Positions 63,640 through 64,000 of a stretch of 64,000 nucleotides of DNA are shown here, in pieces. The first letter of the stretch is position 1, and every line of letters begins with the position of its first letter. The position numbers and the translations under genes were made by a program. The notes under the pieces are model-generated. The model did no database searches and was not told where the DNA came from. It was given only the letters and a program-made list of their open reading frames with translations. The stretch comes from Neoconidiobolus thromboides FSU 785 (Eukaryota; Fungi; Entomophthoromycota), in assembly GCA_025603075.1 (NCBI GenBank), contig MU626269.1, forward strand, positions 145,838 through 209,837. Reading direction: 5' to 3'.

Positions 63640-64000
63640 TGTAATAAGAACTGTGAAATCTGATACTCAGTGATTGGAGTTAAAGACAGCTATTGCCTGG
63701 TTGACTATACTGTAAGTCGAAAGGCCTTGGTTTGTATGACTAAGATAGACTTGAATTATAAAGAGTACCACGTAATGTACTATAATCTATGTAAGACAAA
63801 TAGAATAGACAATACTAATGTAGAATCTACATAAAATACTATTAAGTAAACTAGTGACTTTATTGGATGTATGAGATACCAGGGAATATTCAGTTAAAAA
63901 GTCTCGAATTACTATGCTGTAGAATCTCTTTTATACTCCAACAAATATAGATATCAAAACGAGGAGATAATATCCTTCAGAATCACATGACAGGAAATCC
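63640..64000 (-). mobile_element. Solo-LTR-like dispersed repeat, copy 2 (runs off the window edge)
   Basis: Reverse complement aligns to ~46440-46821 (e.g. aaggcctttcgacttac.gtatagtcaac, ccaatcactgagta.cagat); terminus TGTAATAAG on the plus strand. Confidence 0.6.

Overview
Very AT-rich eukaryotic DNA with short (~45-60 nt) GT-AG introns and typical fungal genes. An early-diverging fungus such as Conidiobolus (Entomophthoromycotina) is plausible, but this is inference only. Conserved genes: RPS11, a THUMP-domain protein (TAN1-like), a Zn2Cys6 and an HSF-type transcription factor, D-2-hydroxyglutarate/D-lactate dehydrogenase, an ABHD12-like hydrolase, a bli-3/GSP26-like protein, UPF1, SRP14, an HSDL2-like SDR, RRP42, a paraoxonase-like protein, PKA catalytic subunit, SWA2/auxilin, an RRM protein and an RRG7-like protein. 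RNA genes: tRNA-Val(AAC), tRNA-Phe(GAA) and two identical, convergent U6 snRNA genes 10 kb apart. Accessory content: three class-A-like 7TM receptors, two orphan type-I membrane proteins, a cytochrome P450 pseudogene and a disrupted Cys-rich secreted-protein gene. A ~105-bp MITE family (12 full copies, always ATAT-flanked) and two solo-LTR-like repeats occupy the intergenic DNA. Most notable: the U6 genes carry an extra 3' C(UUCG)G hairpin; one orphan ORF looks like a fused H2B-H2A histone-fold doublet; and the MITE is dense and clustered. I found no multi-gene system that I can confidently call new. All family assignments come from motif recognition by eye, not database searches.
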